Positions 17,865 to 27,497 of a stretch of 64,000 nucleotides of DNA are shown here, piece after piece. This stretch comes from a virus (Duplodnaviria; Heunggongvirae; Uroviricota; Caudoviricetes): IMG/VR virus record IMGVR_UViG_3300029957_000005, positions 1 to 64,000 of that record; one strand, given 5' to 3'. Below the pieces are notes generated by a model. The model was not told the origin of the DNA, searched no databases, and was given only the letters and a program-made list of their open reading frames with translations. Numbering within the stretch: position 1 is the stretch's first letter; every line of letters starts with the position of its first letter. The position numbers were made by a program, and so were the translations under genes.

Positions 17865-18563
17865 ATGAAACATTTGATATACGCCATCGGAGACATCCAC
17901 GGATGCGACTCCACTCTCGCAGCGATGTTCCAGAAGATCCAGGACCACATGAACGCCAACCCGGCCGACAAGCGGACTGTGGTCTTCCTCGGAGACTATG
18001 TTGACCGTGGACCACGTTCGGCCCAGGTCGTCGATCGAGTCAGACAGTCCATCGAGATCTTTGGACGCATCGGCATCGACGTGATCCCGCTCAAGGGCAA
18101 TCACGAAGACATGATGATCGATGCTCTCGAGAACCCTCTGAATCCACACCACTGGCTTCAGAACGGTGGTGGAGCGACTATGAACTCCTATCCGGAAGGG
18201 ATCGTCTGGTCCGAACACGTTCGCTTTCTCAAGGACCTGAAGCTGATCCATCAGATCGGCCGCTTCGTCTTCGTCCACGCCGGTATCGAGCCACTCGTTC
18301 CGATCGAAGAGCAGAGCCCATACATCTTCCTCTGGGAGCGTGATTGGGTCAAGTACAACGGTCCGTTCGACGAGGAAGAGAAGATGTTCGTGGTCCATGG
18401 TCACACTCCTGGGGAGGACTACGTTCTCCTTGACCATCAGCTGAACATCGACTCCGCTTGTGTCTTCGGAGAGAAGTACAAGCTCACCTGTGTTGTCATC
18501 GACGCCGACCAAGAAGACAACAACTTCGAATACCTCCAAGTGAAGAATATTGACCGAGCTTAA
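17865..18563 (+). CDS. PPP-family Ser/Thr protein phosphatase (lambda PPase / ApaH-like metallophosphoesterase)
   Basis: GDIHG, GDYVDRG, GNHE, HGH motifs. Confidence 0.8.
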   Translation: MKHLIYAIGDIHGCDSTLAAMFQKIQDHMNANPADKRTVVFLGDYVDRGPRSAQVVDRVRQSIEIFGRIGIDVIPLKGNHEDMMIDALENPLNPHHWLQNGGGATMNSYPEGIVWSEHVRFLKDLKLIHQIGRFVFVHAGIEPLVPIEEQSPYIFLWERDWVKYNGPFDEEEKMFVVHGHTPGEDYVLLDHQLNIDSACVFGEKYKLTCVVIDADQEDNNFEYLQVKNIDRA

Positions 18564-19377
18564 TCCTAAGGACAAAATCATCAGGTTCTTTGAAAAGAGA
18601 ACCAACTATTCCGACAAGAAGGGAACCAACATCGGTGTCTATACGGACACCGAGACCACCGGTCTGTCGGACGATGCCGAGATCTGGGAGATCGCTATTC
18701 TTCCGTTCACCTTCACCGACGAAGGCGACATCTGTCAGGTCTTCAAGCCGTACGTCGGTCGAGAGCAGCCTAAGAAGCCTCTCTCGGACGAGATCTGCAG
18801 GCTCTGCGGTGTGACCAATGAGGAACTCGAAGGCAAGTCCTTTGACGACTTCACGGTTCTGGACACCTTCTCCAAGGCAGAGCTTGCAGTGGCCCACAAT
18901 GCCAAGTTCGATCGTCCGAAGATCCACAATCGGTTCCCGTCGATCAAGAACATCATGTGGGCAGACTCGGCCTTCGATCCGGACTACTCCCTGGCCTCCA
19001 TCAACTCCAGGACCTTGGACTATCTGGCCTTCAGGTACGGGTTCTGGTTCGATCACCACGGAGCACTAGCTGACTGTCGAGGTGGATTGAACATCCTGGC
19101 CCAGAATCTGACTCCGACCCTCACGGTCTTTCAGAGCCTACTCCAGAGGGCCTACTCCGGATCGACGACTCTTGAACTAAAGTCCGGTTTCGACTCAAAG
19201 GACATAATCAAGGGACGCGGTGGATATCGTTGGCATCCGGACAAAAAAGTCTGGTACAAGGTATTTACAAACGACGAAGAAATGGATAAAGATATCACCT
19301 TCTTCGACGAACGTGGAGATGGCGACATCATCTGCAAAACCGTTCCAGAAGATCTCAAGAGAAGATTTCTCAAGTGA
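18550..19377 (+). CDS. DEDDh 3'-5' exonuclease (DnaQ/RNase T-like)
   Basis: Exo I DTETTG, Exo II AHNAKFD, Exo III HGALAD. Confidence 0.75.
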   Translation: MTELNPKDKIIRFFEKRTNYSDKKGTNIGVYTDTETTGLSDDAEIWEIAILPFTFTDEGDICQVFKPYVGREQPKKPLSDEICRLCGVTNEELEGKSFDDFTVLDTFSKAELAVAHNAKFDRPKIHNRFPSIKNIMWADSAFDPDYSLASINSRTLDYLAFRYGFWFDHHGALADCRGGLNILAQNLTPTLTVFQSLLQRAYSGSTTLELKSGFDSKDIIKGRGGYRWHPDKKVWYKVFTNDEEMDKDITFFDERGDGDIICKTVPEDLKRRFLK

Positions 19378-19515
19378 ACCAACAAATCAAGGTGCTGGCT
19401 GTGCTGGCACTTTTCTACATCTTCGGTATGGCTTCAGGTGCTCTCTTGGAGAAGACATTCTTCTCCAAGCACGACTTCAGTGATTTCATACCTCCTGCAA
19501 TAGCTGAGAGGCATA

Positions 19516-20031
19516 ATGGAACTACGGAAGCCAGATAAATGGGACTCTCTATTCTTCTCCACAGCTCTGACGACATCTCGGATGTCCAAGGATCCTTCCA
19601 CTAAGGTCGGCGCCTGCATCGTCAAGGATGGGAAGGTCGTTTCGGTCGGCTACAACGGCTTCCCAAAGGGAGTTCCTGATTCAGAGGAGTTCCTGAACAA
19701 TCGAGAGCTCAAGTATAAGCTCGTCGAACACGCCGAACGAAACGCCCTGACCTCCGCCCTCCACAATTCAGGATCGGTCCTCGGTGGTTCAGTCTACATC
19801 TCCCATTGTCCATGCACCGATTGTGCAAAGGGCCTGATCCAAGCCGGGATCAAGATGGTCCGGTTTCCATACTACCCGGTCTTCGAAGACAGGTGGGGCT
19901 TCGACTTCACCGAGAAGCTCTTCAACATGTGTGGAGTCCAGATCGAGAGATACGATCCCAAGGAGCTTAGATCCTCCATCCACGACCTATTCGACATCGA
20001 CATGAACTTCCTAGGAGAACAACCTAAGTGA
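19516..20031 (+). CDS. cd: dCMP deaminase
   Basis: HAERNAL and PCTDCA zinc-binding motifs; N-terminus KWDSLFFSTALTTSRMSKDPSTKVGACIV. Confidence 0.85.
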   Translation: MELRKPDKWDSLFFSTALTTSRMSKDPSTKVGACIVKDGKVVSVGYNGFPKGVPDSEEFLNNRELKYKLVEHAERNALTSALHNSGSVLGGSVYISHCPCTDCAKGLIQAGIKMVRFPYYPVFEDRWGFDFTEKLFNMCGVQIERYDPKELRSSIHDLFDIDMNFLGEQPK

Positions 20032-20309
20032 CAGTAACCACCGATCAGCTCGATATGATCCTTGGACTCTACAAGGAGGGATCGATCACCTCCGTCCAGG
20101 CTCGAGCAAAGCTCCTGGACATGCTCACGGACAATCAGGAGCACATCCAGCAATACATCGAAGTCCTCGCCGAGGAGATCTCCTTGAATGCCTATCGTCA
20201 GGGCTTCGTGGATGGATCGTCGACCGAAAAGACCTATCGATTCGAAGACTATCAACAAGCCCAGGCGCTCAAGGCGACCATTCTCGAACTCATGAAGAAG
20301 CTGGTGTAA
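20028..20309 (+). CDS. hypothetical protein (GTG start, GTGA overlap)
   Basis: ORF track; codon bias. Confidence 0.4.
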   Translation: MTVTTDQLDMILGLYKEGSITSVQARAKLLDMLTDNQEHIQQYIEVLAEEISLNAYRQGFVDGSSTEKTYRFEDYQQAQALKATILELMKKLV

Positions 20310-20312
20310 CGC

Positions 20313-21398
20313 ATGAACCATTCTCCTGCCCAACAGTCTGTGATGTCCTATGAGGATCGTCAGACTCAGTTCATCGACAATCTCATCGACAAGGTTGGAG
20401 TCAACGCGACCTTCACCCCCTACATGCCGGACAAGAACTTCTCCCTGGACATGAACATCTTCGTTCTCTACGACGAGATCAAGACCAAGTATCCGTCCAT
20501 CCACGTTCGCATCGAGTCCTTCTACTCGGCCGTCTTCTTCCTCCCGATCGAGGACCAGAGGCTCCTGACCATCTGCGTCGCCGTGCCTTCATTCTCCCAC
20601 AAGGACGGGATCGTCGAAGCCAAGACCCTCAAGGACCTTTCGATCAACCTGGTCTGCGAGTTCCATTCGGTCAAGGAGCACATCAAGAACCTGGACGAGA
20701 TCTTCTACAATCAGCTCATCATCGAGGCCGATCCGCTCGAGACACAGTGGGTCCAGCTCCAGGCCAACAACTCTCTCCAGTATCGATCGATGCCGATCAA
20801 AGAGACTCCGAAGGAGATCATCCCGGAAGCCTATCCGTGGCTCGAGGATCCGAAGGCCTACATCGAGAGCTTCATCAAGTCCCAGTCCCCGATCCTGATC
20901 ATGTCCGGACCTCCTGGAACCGGCAAGTCCACCTTCATTCGTCACATCATCAATGCCATCCCGAAGTTCGAGGTGTTCTCGGTCTATGATGAGGACATCA
21001 TGAAGCGCGATGATCTCTACACCAACTTCATCTCGAACTCCAAGGAGGCTCTCCTGGTCATCGAGGACGCCGACAGGTTGCTGGAGAGACGCATCGAGGA
21101 TCAGAACACCACCATGTCCAAGATCCTGAACGTCTCGGACGGTATCATCGATCTGACCATGAAGAAGATCATCTTCACCACCAACATCGAGAACACCAAT
21201 GACGTGGACCAAGCCCTGATTAGACCAGGTCGGTGCTTCGACATTCTCGAATTCAGAAATCTTGACCACCACGAGGCCGAAGCCTTGTCGACCAAGATCG
21301 GAAAGAACCTCCCGGCCGAGCGTCCGAAGAATGGATATCCACTCGCCGAGATCTTCAATTCGAAGAACACCCCACGTGCCCAGAAATTTGGATTTTAA
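20313..21398 (+). CDS. classic AAA ATPase (SRH-containing)
   Basis: Walker A SGPPGTGKST, Walker B LLVIEDADRL, sensor TTN, second region of homology ALIRPGRCFDILEF. Confidence 0.75.
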   Translation: MNHSPAQQSVMSYEDRQTQFIDNLIDKVGVNATFTPYMPDKNFSLDMNIFVLYDEIKTKYPSIHVRIESFYSAVFFLPIEDQRLLTICVAVPSFSHKDGIVEAKTLKDLSINLVCEFHSVKEHIKNLDEIFYNQLIIEADPLETQWVQLQANNSLQYRSMPIKETPKEIIPEAYPWLEDPKAYIESFIKSQSPILIMSGPPGTGKSTFIRHIINAIPKFEVFSVYDEDIMKRDDLYTNFISNSKEALLVIEDADRLLERRIEDQNTTMSKILNVSDGIIDLTMKKIIFTTNIENTNDVDQALIRPGRCFDILEFRNLDHHEAEALSTKIGKNLPAERPKNGYPLAEIFNSKNTPRAQKFGF

Positions 21399-21407
21399 GG
21401 AGAGATC

Positions 21408-21596
21408 ATGGTAGAAGAAACAGCCAAGGCTATTGGTTACATCGGAATGTACCCAAACGGCGACATCCACGTTAACGCCAAGGGAATCACCCCACTCTAC
21501 GACAGTTGGGGATCGGCCGTGAGTGCCTTCAAGCGCGGCTATGCTCGTGAAGTCTACGAACGCGACGAACTGAGAGTGGTTCCGGTCTTCGCATGA
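21408..21596 (+). CDS. hypothetical protein
   Basis: ORF track; RBS GGAGAGA upstream. Confidence 0.4.
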   Translation: MVEETAKAIGYIGMYPNGDIHVNAKGITPLYDSWGSAVSAFKRGYAREVYERDELRVVPVFA

Positions 21597-21832
21597 GCAA
21601 GATAATCATGACTTGGGGACCGGTCTTTATGACCGGAGAGGCCCCGGAAGAAATCTACCACGCAGTCAAGGCAGTAGAGTTCAGAAACACAGTAGAAGGT
21701 GAAGGCATTAAGCCGACCAGAACTCTGGAAGAAATCTTGCTCGAAAAGCATCCGGAAGCCCAGATCTTCTACATCCAAGAAATCCGACCAATAGACCAGA
21801 ACATCAAGGTGATTCGTTATGTCGTCGAATGA
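21593..21832 (+). CDS. hypothetical protein
   Basis: ATGA overlap; codon bias. Confidence 0.45.
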   Translation: MSKIIMTWGPVFMTGEAPEEIYHAVKAVEFRNTVEGEGIKPTRTLEEILLEKHPEAQIFYIQEIRPIDQNIKVIRYVVE

Positions 21833-22352
21833 TCTCTGGTTCGTATCGGACACCCACTTCGGCCATGCCAACATCCTGAACTTCGTCAACTACGACGGAG
21901 ACAGGGTCAGGCCCGAGTTCGACTCAGTCGAGGACATGGATGAAACCATGGTCGAACGCTGGAACTCGGTGGTCAAGCCAGGAGACAAGGTCTATCACCT
22001 CGGTGATGTGGCCTTCTTTGCTCCCGCCTATCATCGGTGCATGGTGCGTCTCAACGGCAAGAAGCGTCTGATCCTCGGGAACCACGACAAGTTCACGATG
22101 AAGGAATATCTGATCTACTTCGAGAGGGTCCAGGAGTCCTGGCAGCCGACTCGAAACACTCTCTTCACCCATCGCCCTGTGTTCATGGGTGGTCTCGAAG
22201 GGAGTGGGAAGTTCAACATCCACGGACACGTCCATAGAACCAGGGACTACCTCTCCCCTCAGCACCTGAACATCTCGGTTGAGATGACCAACTACACTCC
22301 CATTCACTGGGATGAAATCTGCAAGAAATTGGGAATCAGCAATGATCGCTAA
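21819..22352 (+). CDS. calcineurin-like binuclear metallophosphoesterase
   Basis: WFVSDTHFGH, GDVAF, GNHD, GHVH motifs. Confidence 0.7.
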   Translation: MSSNDLWFVSDTHFGHANILNFVNYDGDRVRPEFDSVEDMDETMVERWNSVVKPGDKVYHLGDVAFFAPAYHRCMVRLNGKKRLILGNHDKFTMKEYLIYFERVQESWQPTRNTLFTHRPVFMGGLEGSGKFNIHGHVHRTRDYLSPQHLNISVEMTNYTPIHWDEICKKLGISNDR

Positions 22353-22587
22353 CAGAAACGTCTACATCGTGGACATGGAGCCTCAGATCCACAAGGTCGT
22401 CGGCTACATGGCCGTGGATGTCGCAACTCAGATGCCGATTGCCACGAATGCCTGGCCTCGTCGGACCTGCAAGATCTACACCACGGCCGGCATCGGGAAG
22501 TCGGCGATGATGAATTCCGGCCATCGAAAGAAGTATGAAAATGGTCTGATCAGCATCATTCCAGTGACAATTCCGACAAAGTCTTGA
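22342..22587 (+). CDS. hypothetical protein
   Basis: Internal ATG of ORF 22312 after the upstream stop. Confidence 0.35.
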   Translation: MIANRNVYIVDMEPQIHKVVGYMAVDVATQMPIATNAWPRRTCKIYTTAGIGKSAMMNSGHRKKYENGLISIIPVTIPTKS

Positions 22588-22599
22588 TAAGGTAGACAG

Positions 22600-23115
22600 A
22601 TGAACAAAGAAATCAGACTCTTCTCCACTCCGAGCCAAGGCACTTCACTCCACGAGTTCTTGGCTGACTTCACCCAGAAAGAAGTTCTCGAGTATCTTCG
22701 TCAGGCATTCAACGTCGCCGTCGAAGAAGTCAATGCCGGAATGATCCCGACCGAGCAGGTGGAACTGATGTTCGATCTGGCCGAGATCCTCTACGACATC
22801 GAGAACGCCGAGCTGGCAATCCACAAGGCTGCCTTCAAGGACTACATCGTCCACCTCCTGGTCCTCAAGACCGAGGACTACAATGCTGAGCGCATCCAGG
22901 ACCCGAACTTCCGCCTGGACGACAAGCGCATCGAGTACTTCCCGTTCCACGACTATTCCTACCTCCAGATGATCCACACCAAGATCAATCGCATCGAGTC
23001 ATTGGTCAATGTGGATCTTCCGAACTTCGAGGGACTCATGGATTCCGTAGTCGACCTCGGCTCCTACTTGATCTTCTACTACAGCTTCCTGTTGGAAGTC
23101 GATGCAGAACTTTGA
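22600..23115 (+). CDS. hypothetical acidic protein
   Basis: ORF track; RBS; codon bias. Confidence 0.5.
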   Translation: MNKEIRLFSTPSQGTSLHEFLADFTQKEVLEYLRQAFNVAVEEVNAGMIPTEQVELMFDLAEILYDIENAELAIHKAAFKDYIVHLLVLKTEDYNAERIQDPNFRLDDKRIEYFPFHDYSYLQMIHTKINRIESLVNVDLPNFEGLMDSVVDLGSYLIFYYSFLLEVDAEL

Positions 23116-24046
23116 GGACTTCAGGACTCAGCTCTCCTACGAAGTCTCTCAGATACAAGATCCGAACCTCCTCTACAAGACCTACTATGCCATCACAAGT
23201 CCCAGGCTGGAAACTTCAGTCCGGGACTTGTTCGACTCTCGGAAGCTCACAATAGAGTCCACGGACTTCTCGTACTTCGTCAATGAGATACTTCCGACCA
23301 ATGGCTACTCCGTCGAGGACAACAAGGCCCTTCTGAAGAAGATGACGGATGGTGATCTGATCTCCTCCGAGTACATCGCCCAGACTCACGACAAGGTTCT
23401 GAACCTCCGGGATCTGGTCGATCCGATGCTCACTACTCCGACCCTGAACAAGATGGTCTCCCATGTGGCTGATTCTCTGTCTTCGTCCTCGGTCGGAAAG
23501 GGAGAGTTCGCCTTCGTTCTTTTGACTGGTGGATCGACCAAGGCCAAGAAGGGTGGAGATCTCCGGATCGGAGAGATGGATGTAGAGATCAAGGCCAAGG
23601 GATGCAAGCTCGCTTCTCAGTCCTCACACATCTCCCTGATGTCCGTCAAGTCCGCCATCCAGGAGTATCTGGGCCCGAGAGTGGCCATCAAGCCTCTGAC
23701 GCCGATGCAGCTCAGGAAGCACTATCTCCCGGAGCTCGGATCCATGCACGAGCTCATGCTCTTTCTTCAGTTCGTATTCCAGAGGACCATGTTCAGGGAG
23801 ACGAACTTCGACTGGTTTCTCAAATGTGAATCGATCGAAGATTTTTTTGAGAAACTTGCGGTTCACGAGTTTACGTACTACCAGAACTGTGATAAGTTCG
23901 ACCGAATGCTCTTCGTCAATCCTGACAATCTGAACGTCTACAACACGGATTCGATGGACGAGGACAAACTCAAGAACTTCAGTCTGACCAGATCCTTCTC
24001 GTTCGCGTCCGAACGAATTCAAACCAACAATTGGACCCTTCGCTGA
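23102..24046 (+). CDS. hypothetical protein, possible PD-(D/E)xK nuclease fold
   Basis: GGDLRIGEMDVEIKAKG resembles a D...ExK core; otherwise no motifs. Confidence 0.45.
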   Translation: MQNFEDFRTQLSYEVSQIQDPNLLYKTYYAITSPRLETSVRDLFDSRKLTIESTDFSYFVNEILPTNGYSVEDNKALLKKMTDGDLISSEYIAQTHDKVLNLRDLVDPMLTTPTLNKMVSHVADSLSSSSVGKGEFAFVLLTGGSTKAKKGGDLRIGEMDVEIKAKGCKLASQSSHISLMSVKSAIQEYLGPRVAIKPLTPMQLRKHYLPELGSMHELMLFLQFVFQRTMFRETNFDWFLKCESIEDFFEKLAVHEFTYYQNCDKFDRMLFVNPDNLNVYNTDSMDEDKLKNFSLTRSFSFASERIQTNNWTLR

Positions 24047-24837
24047 TGCCATCCATCAAGCATTTCAGAGACCTGTCGCTCGAGAACAAGCTGAGAACAT
24101 ACACGGCCCTTCAGAATGGAGATGTCACAGTCTCTGAGAAGAAGGACGGGGTGTTCATCGGCTTCAGGTTCGGCGTGCCGGTCAACGTCTTCTCTGTCCC
24201 GAAGTTCCCTCCGATCCTAGAGTTCAAGTCCTACAACTCACCGTGGGTCAAGTCCGGAACAGAGTATCTCGAATGGGCTGGAGCTGCAAAGTTTTCGACC
24301 TTCTTCGCCCAGGTCATCGATAAGATCGTGGCCAACGAGAAGCTCTGTTCGATGATCAAGGCCGAGATGGTCCTGACGTCCAAGGAGATCATGACGGCAG
24401 AACTGTTCTCTATGTTCGTGGCCGAGCACAATACCGATCAGCTCCTGATGAAGATGGTCCGGACTTGGTATCCACTCGAGCACTTCAAGGACAATCCGGA
24501 GATGACTCTGTTCTTCCACGGAGCCAGGACTTTGAAGTCCGTCCCGAAGTTCCCTCTGTTCCAGATGTTTGAGACCGAGGTCGACAAGATGTTGACAGAT
24601 CGAACTCTCGCTAGCGTCCTGTCCATGAAGGCAGAAAACAGAGAATTCAGACGAACAGTCGATACACTGATCACGGCCAAGGTCGAGAGTCTGATGCTCA
24701 AGGCCTATGTCCTTCCGGACACCCTGGAAGGCGTGATCATCGACGCATACGAATGCCAGTCCAAGGTCGTCCATCCGGAGTTCTTCAGCTGGCCACTCAA
24801 CAAAGTCCTATTCGAAGGAGAACCCGATGGGCGGTAA
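24046..24837 (+). CDS. hypothetical protein with KxDG-like motif (possible covalent nucleotidyltransferase/ligase-like)
   Basis: SEKKDGVFIGF near N-terminus; tentative. Confidence 0.4.
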   Translation: MPSIKHFRDLSLENKLRTYTALQNGDVTVSEKKDGVFIGFRFGVPVNVFSVPKFPPILEFKSYNSPWVKSGTEYLEWAGAAKFSTFFAQVIDKIVANEKLCSMIKAEMVLTSKEIMTAELFSMFVAEHNTDQLLMKMVRTWYPLEHFKDNPEMTLFFHGARTLKSVPKFPLFQMFETEVDKMLTDRTLASVLSMKAENREFRRTVDTLITAKVESLMLKAYVLPDTLEGVIIDAYECQSKVVHPEFFSWPLNKVLFEGEPDGR

Positions 24838-25621
24838 GATTTTTGAAGGCACTCGTCGAGTCACTGAGGAAGACGTCTCAGATGTCCTATCCTCGATCCA
24901 CAATTTTCGAAAGAGCTACAGTGCCACGACTCAGGTGATCGGCTCCTGGAACAACAGGAAGGCCAGAGGTGCCGCGGACATGGGAGACATCGATCTCCTT
25001 ATCAAGTACCAGCCTTTCGGTGGCATCTGGGGTCCCAATCTGAATCAGAAGCCGGATCCGAAGACCCTCGCGAACGCAATGTTCGACGACGCCGAGGACT
25101 TTGAAGTCAAGGCCGACGGTCCGAATTCAGTCTTCGTCAAGAGGAATGGGGTTCAGATCGATCTTCACTTCACCATCGACGATCAGATCTTTACCTGGAT
25201 CAGCAAGGCAACGACCGTTCCTCACACCGACACCTACAAGCCTTTGTATCGCAATGAGGTCCTGTTCCAGCTCGCCAGATACTACGATGTCGGAAACGTG
25301 GTTCTTCGTCGGGATGGATCGACGGAAAGATACACCCGTCCACGCTACACCCTCTGGGATGGAGCGATCACTTCGACCTACACCTTCACACCAAAGTCCA
25401 AGACTCCGACCAAGACCGCAGATGTCTATGATCGATACGTCAAGTTCGAGGACTTCTTGGTCGACAAGTGCAAACTGGACAAGTCCACGGCAGAAAACCC
25501 GACCTTCATGAACGTCCTTCATGATGCGTCCAAGGATACCAAGAATTGGACGCGTCTGAAGGAAGATCTGGTTGCGGCCTTCACCAAGAAGAATGTCGTC
25601 ATCCCGGATATCCTTCTATGA
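24827..25621 (+). CDS. Pol-beta superfamily nucleotidyltransferase
   Basis: VIGSWNNRKARGAADMGDIDLLI = hG[GS]x9-13 DxD nucleotidyltransferase-fold signature. Confidence 0.65.
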   Translation: MGGKIFEGTRRVTEEDVSDVLSSIHNFRKSYSATTQVIGSWNNRKARGAADMGDIDLLIKYQPFGGIWGPNLNQKPDPKTLANAMFDDAEDFEVKADGPNSVFVKRNGVQIDLHFTIDDQIFTWISKATTVPHTDTYKPLYRNEVLFQLARYYDVGNVVLRRDGSTERYTRPRYTLWDGAITSTYTFTPKSKTPTKTADVYDRYVKFEDFLVDKCKLDKSTAENPTFMNVLHDASKDTKNWTRLKEDLVAAFTKKNVVIPDILL

Positions 25622-25836
25622 ACACGGACGGTCCTCTGAGGGATAACTCCGAACTGATCATGGAGATCTACTTCAAGATCGCCGCCGGTCTCTTCTATCT
25701 CCCTGGCTTTGCTCTGATTGGACAAGCCTTCTCGCTCTGGACCGTTCCGATCCTCCTCTGCTGGATCCTCATCGGAGTCGGGAGCACCATGATCATCGGA
25801 GCTTTCTTCTTCATGCTCTGGGCAGCTAATCACTGA
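25618..25836 (+). CDS. small membrane protein (2 TM)
   Basis: ATGA overlap; hydrophobic stretches LFYLPGFALIGQAF and ILLCWILIGVGSTMIIGAFFFMLWAA. Confidence 0.45.
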   Translation: MNTDGPLRDNSELIMEIYFKIAAGLFYLPGFALIGQAFSLWTVPILLCWILIGVGSTMIIGAFFFMLWAANH

Positions 25837-25846
25837 AAGGACCCTC

Positions 25847-26434
25847 ATGAAACTGATCATGATCTACGGCCGCATGAATCCAATCCACGAAGGCCACGCC
25901 AAGATGCTCCTCCAGGTCAAGAGGCGAGCGCACCAAGAAGGCGCCGACTTCAAGGTCTTCCTGACCCAGACCAAGGACAACGACAAGAACCCTCTCGGCT
26001 ACAAGGACAAACTCAGGTTCCTCCGACTCGTGGTCGGAGTCGCTCCGACGGACGAAGGCTATGAGACCAATAATCTCTTCGGTCTCGTTCGCGAACTCTC
26101 AGAGCAGTACTCCGAGATCGAGCTGGTCTTCGGTGGAGATCGCTACAAGACCTTTGAGCCTCTCATGGTCAAATATCAGGACACATTCAAGTGTCCAGTC
26201 TTCGTAAGCAACTTCGCCGACCGAGATAAATATCCCTATAACGCGACAGAGATGCGCAAGCTGGCTGTCGAAGGGAACTACGAGGACTTCATGTCGAAGT
26301 GCCCGTCCATGTTTACCTCGACTCAGAAGATACAGCTGTTCACTCTGGTCTCCGTAGGATTGACCAATACTGTTGATGGACGTCACGACCGAAAGCATAG
26401 AGCAGCAAGAGTACCTTCAGAGAGCGAGGAATAA
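25847..26434 (+). CDS. HxGH-motif nucleotidyltransferase (NMN/NaMN adenylyltransferase or cytidylyltransferase-like)
   Basis: MIYGRMNPIHEGHAKML = (H/T)xGH class I nucleotidyltransferase motif. Confidence 0.65.
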   Translation: MKLIMIYGRMNPIHEGHAKMLLQVKRRAHQEGADFKVFLTQTKDNDKNPLGYKDKLRFLRLVVGVAPTDEGYETNNLFGLVRELSEQYSEIELVFGGDRYKTFEPLMVKYQDTFKCPVFVSNFADRDKYPYNATEMRKLAVEGNYEDFMSKCPSMFTSTQKIQLFTLVSVGLTNTVDGRHDRKHRAARVPSESEE

Positions 26435-26732
26435 TTCTCTCTCGAAGTTCATAGACGATCAGGATCTGATAGAGGACATCGAGAGAGTTGTCCTCGTCAA
26501 GAAGTTGATCACGAGACTGAAAGCCGGACGACCCAATTATCGTCTGATTCTCAATCACCTCGTGGTCCTCTTCAACACCTTCGAATCCTCCTTCGTGATT
26601 TTCCTCCTCAAGTCCTCAGTGAATGAGAAGGACTGGTATATTCTCAACACCTTCCTGATCTACATGCGCCGATCCCTGGACGTCGTCAACATAGATACCC
26701 AGATGCTGGAATTCCTAAAGAAAGACGTCTAA
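26373..26732 (+). CDS. hypothetical protein
   Basis: ORF track; 62 nt overlap with the upstream gene makes the start uncertain. Confidence 0.4.
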   Translation: MMDVTTESIEQQEYLQRARNNSLSKFIDDQDLIEDIERVVLVKKLITRLKAGRPNYRLILNHLVVLFNTFESSFVIFLLKSSVNEKDWYILNTFLIYMRRSLDVVNIDTQMLEFLKKDV

Positions 26733-27223
26733 TGGGCCTTATCTCCTACGGTGTCAACACCTACTATGCCTACAAGATCCTAAGACGCCTGTCCCAGAGA
26801 TGGGAAGACACTCCGGCATTCAAGGCCGGGATCATCGACAAGACTGGGAAGAAGATCGTGGACACCATGACTCCCGATCAGTCGAGACAATACAATGCCC
26901 TGGATCGCATCATCTACAACATCAAGAGAGTGATCTCCAAGGTTCCTGGATCCCAGAATCCTTTCATCAGGTACGGGACCGCCCTTGCCCTCCTCCGTGA
27001 GGACGAACTCACCGAAGAACAACTCGATGCTCTCCTCGAAGGCATCGAACTTGATCTGGATCCTCGTGACGACATGGACGAAGACACACCTATCGTCACC
27101 GTCGGATCCGGAAATATCGCTCTGACTCCGACCCTTCCGAAGAACAGGAAGATGGCGACGAGAAAGAAACTTTCCGAGGCACTCACGCAAAAAAGAGTTT
27201 CCAAGCTGTCCGAAATAGTGTAA
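26732..27223 (+). CDS. hypothetical protein
   Basis: ATGA overlap; acidic C-terminal half. Confidence 0.5.
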   Translation: MGLISYGVNTYYAYKILRRLSQRWEDTPAFKAGIIDKTGKKIVDTMTPDQSRQYNALDRIIYNIKRVISKVPGSQNPFIRYGTALALLREDELTEEQLDALLEGIELDLDPRDDMDEDTPIVTVGSGNIALTPTLPKNRKMATRKKLSEALTQKRVSKLSEIV

Positions 27224-27257
27224 GATAAGCACGATTTCAACAGAAAGGAAATCTAAC

Positions 27258-27482
27258 TTGGAAAAGACCTATCTCAGGGCCATTCGCCCTGTCCTATGGC
27301 TGTTCTCTGCCATCGCGGCATTCGGAGCAATCTACGGCTACCTGGCTCCGGCCTTGGTATCGTCCACTGACTCAGGCCTAGCACTCCTCGGCCTGTTCAC
27401 AGCCTCGCTCGGCTTCCTGTTCCCAGGATGGCTGATCATCCGAGCCTTCAAGTCCTTCCAACTCGTTTTCAACAAAGCATAA
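27258..27482 (+). CDS. small membrane protein (TTG start in ORF track)
   Basis: Two hydrophobic helices; no ATG available. Confidence 0.3.
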   Translation: MEKTYLRAIRPVLWLFSAIAAFGAIYGYLAPALVSSTDSGLALLGLFTASLGFLFPGWLIIRAFKSFQLVFNKA

Positions 27483-27497
27483 GGAATACAAACTCAT

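Noticed and set aside
17691-18605. 304-aa minus-strand ORF
   Set aside because: Antisense to thyX and the PPP phosphatase gene.
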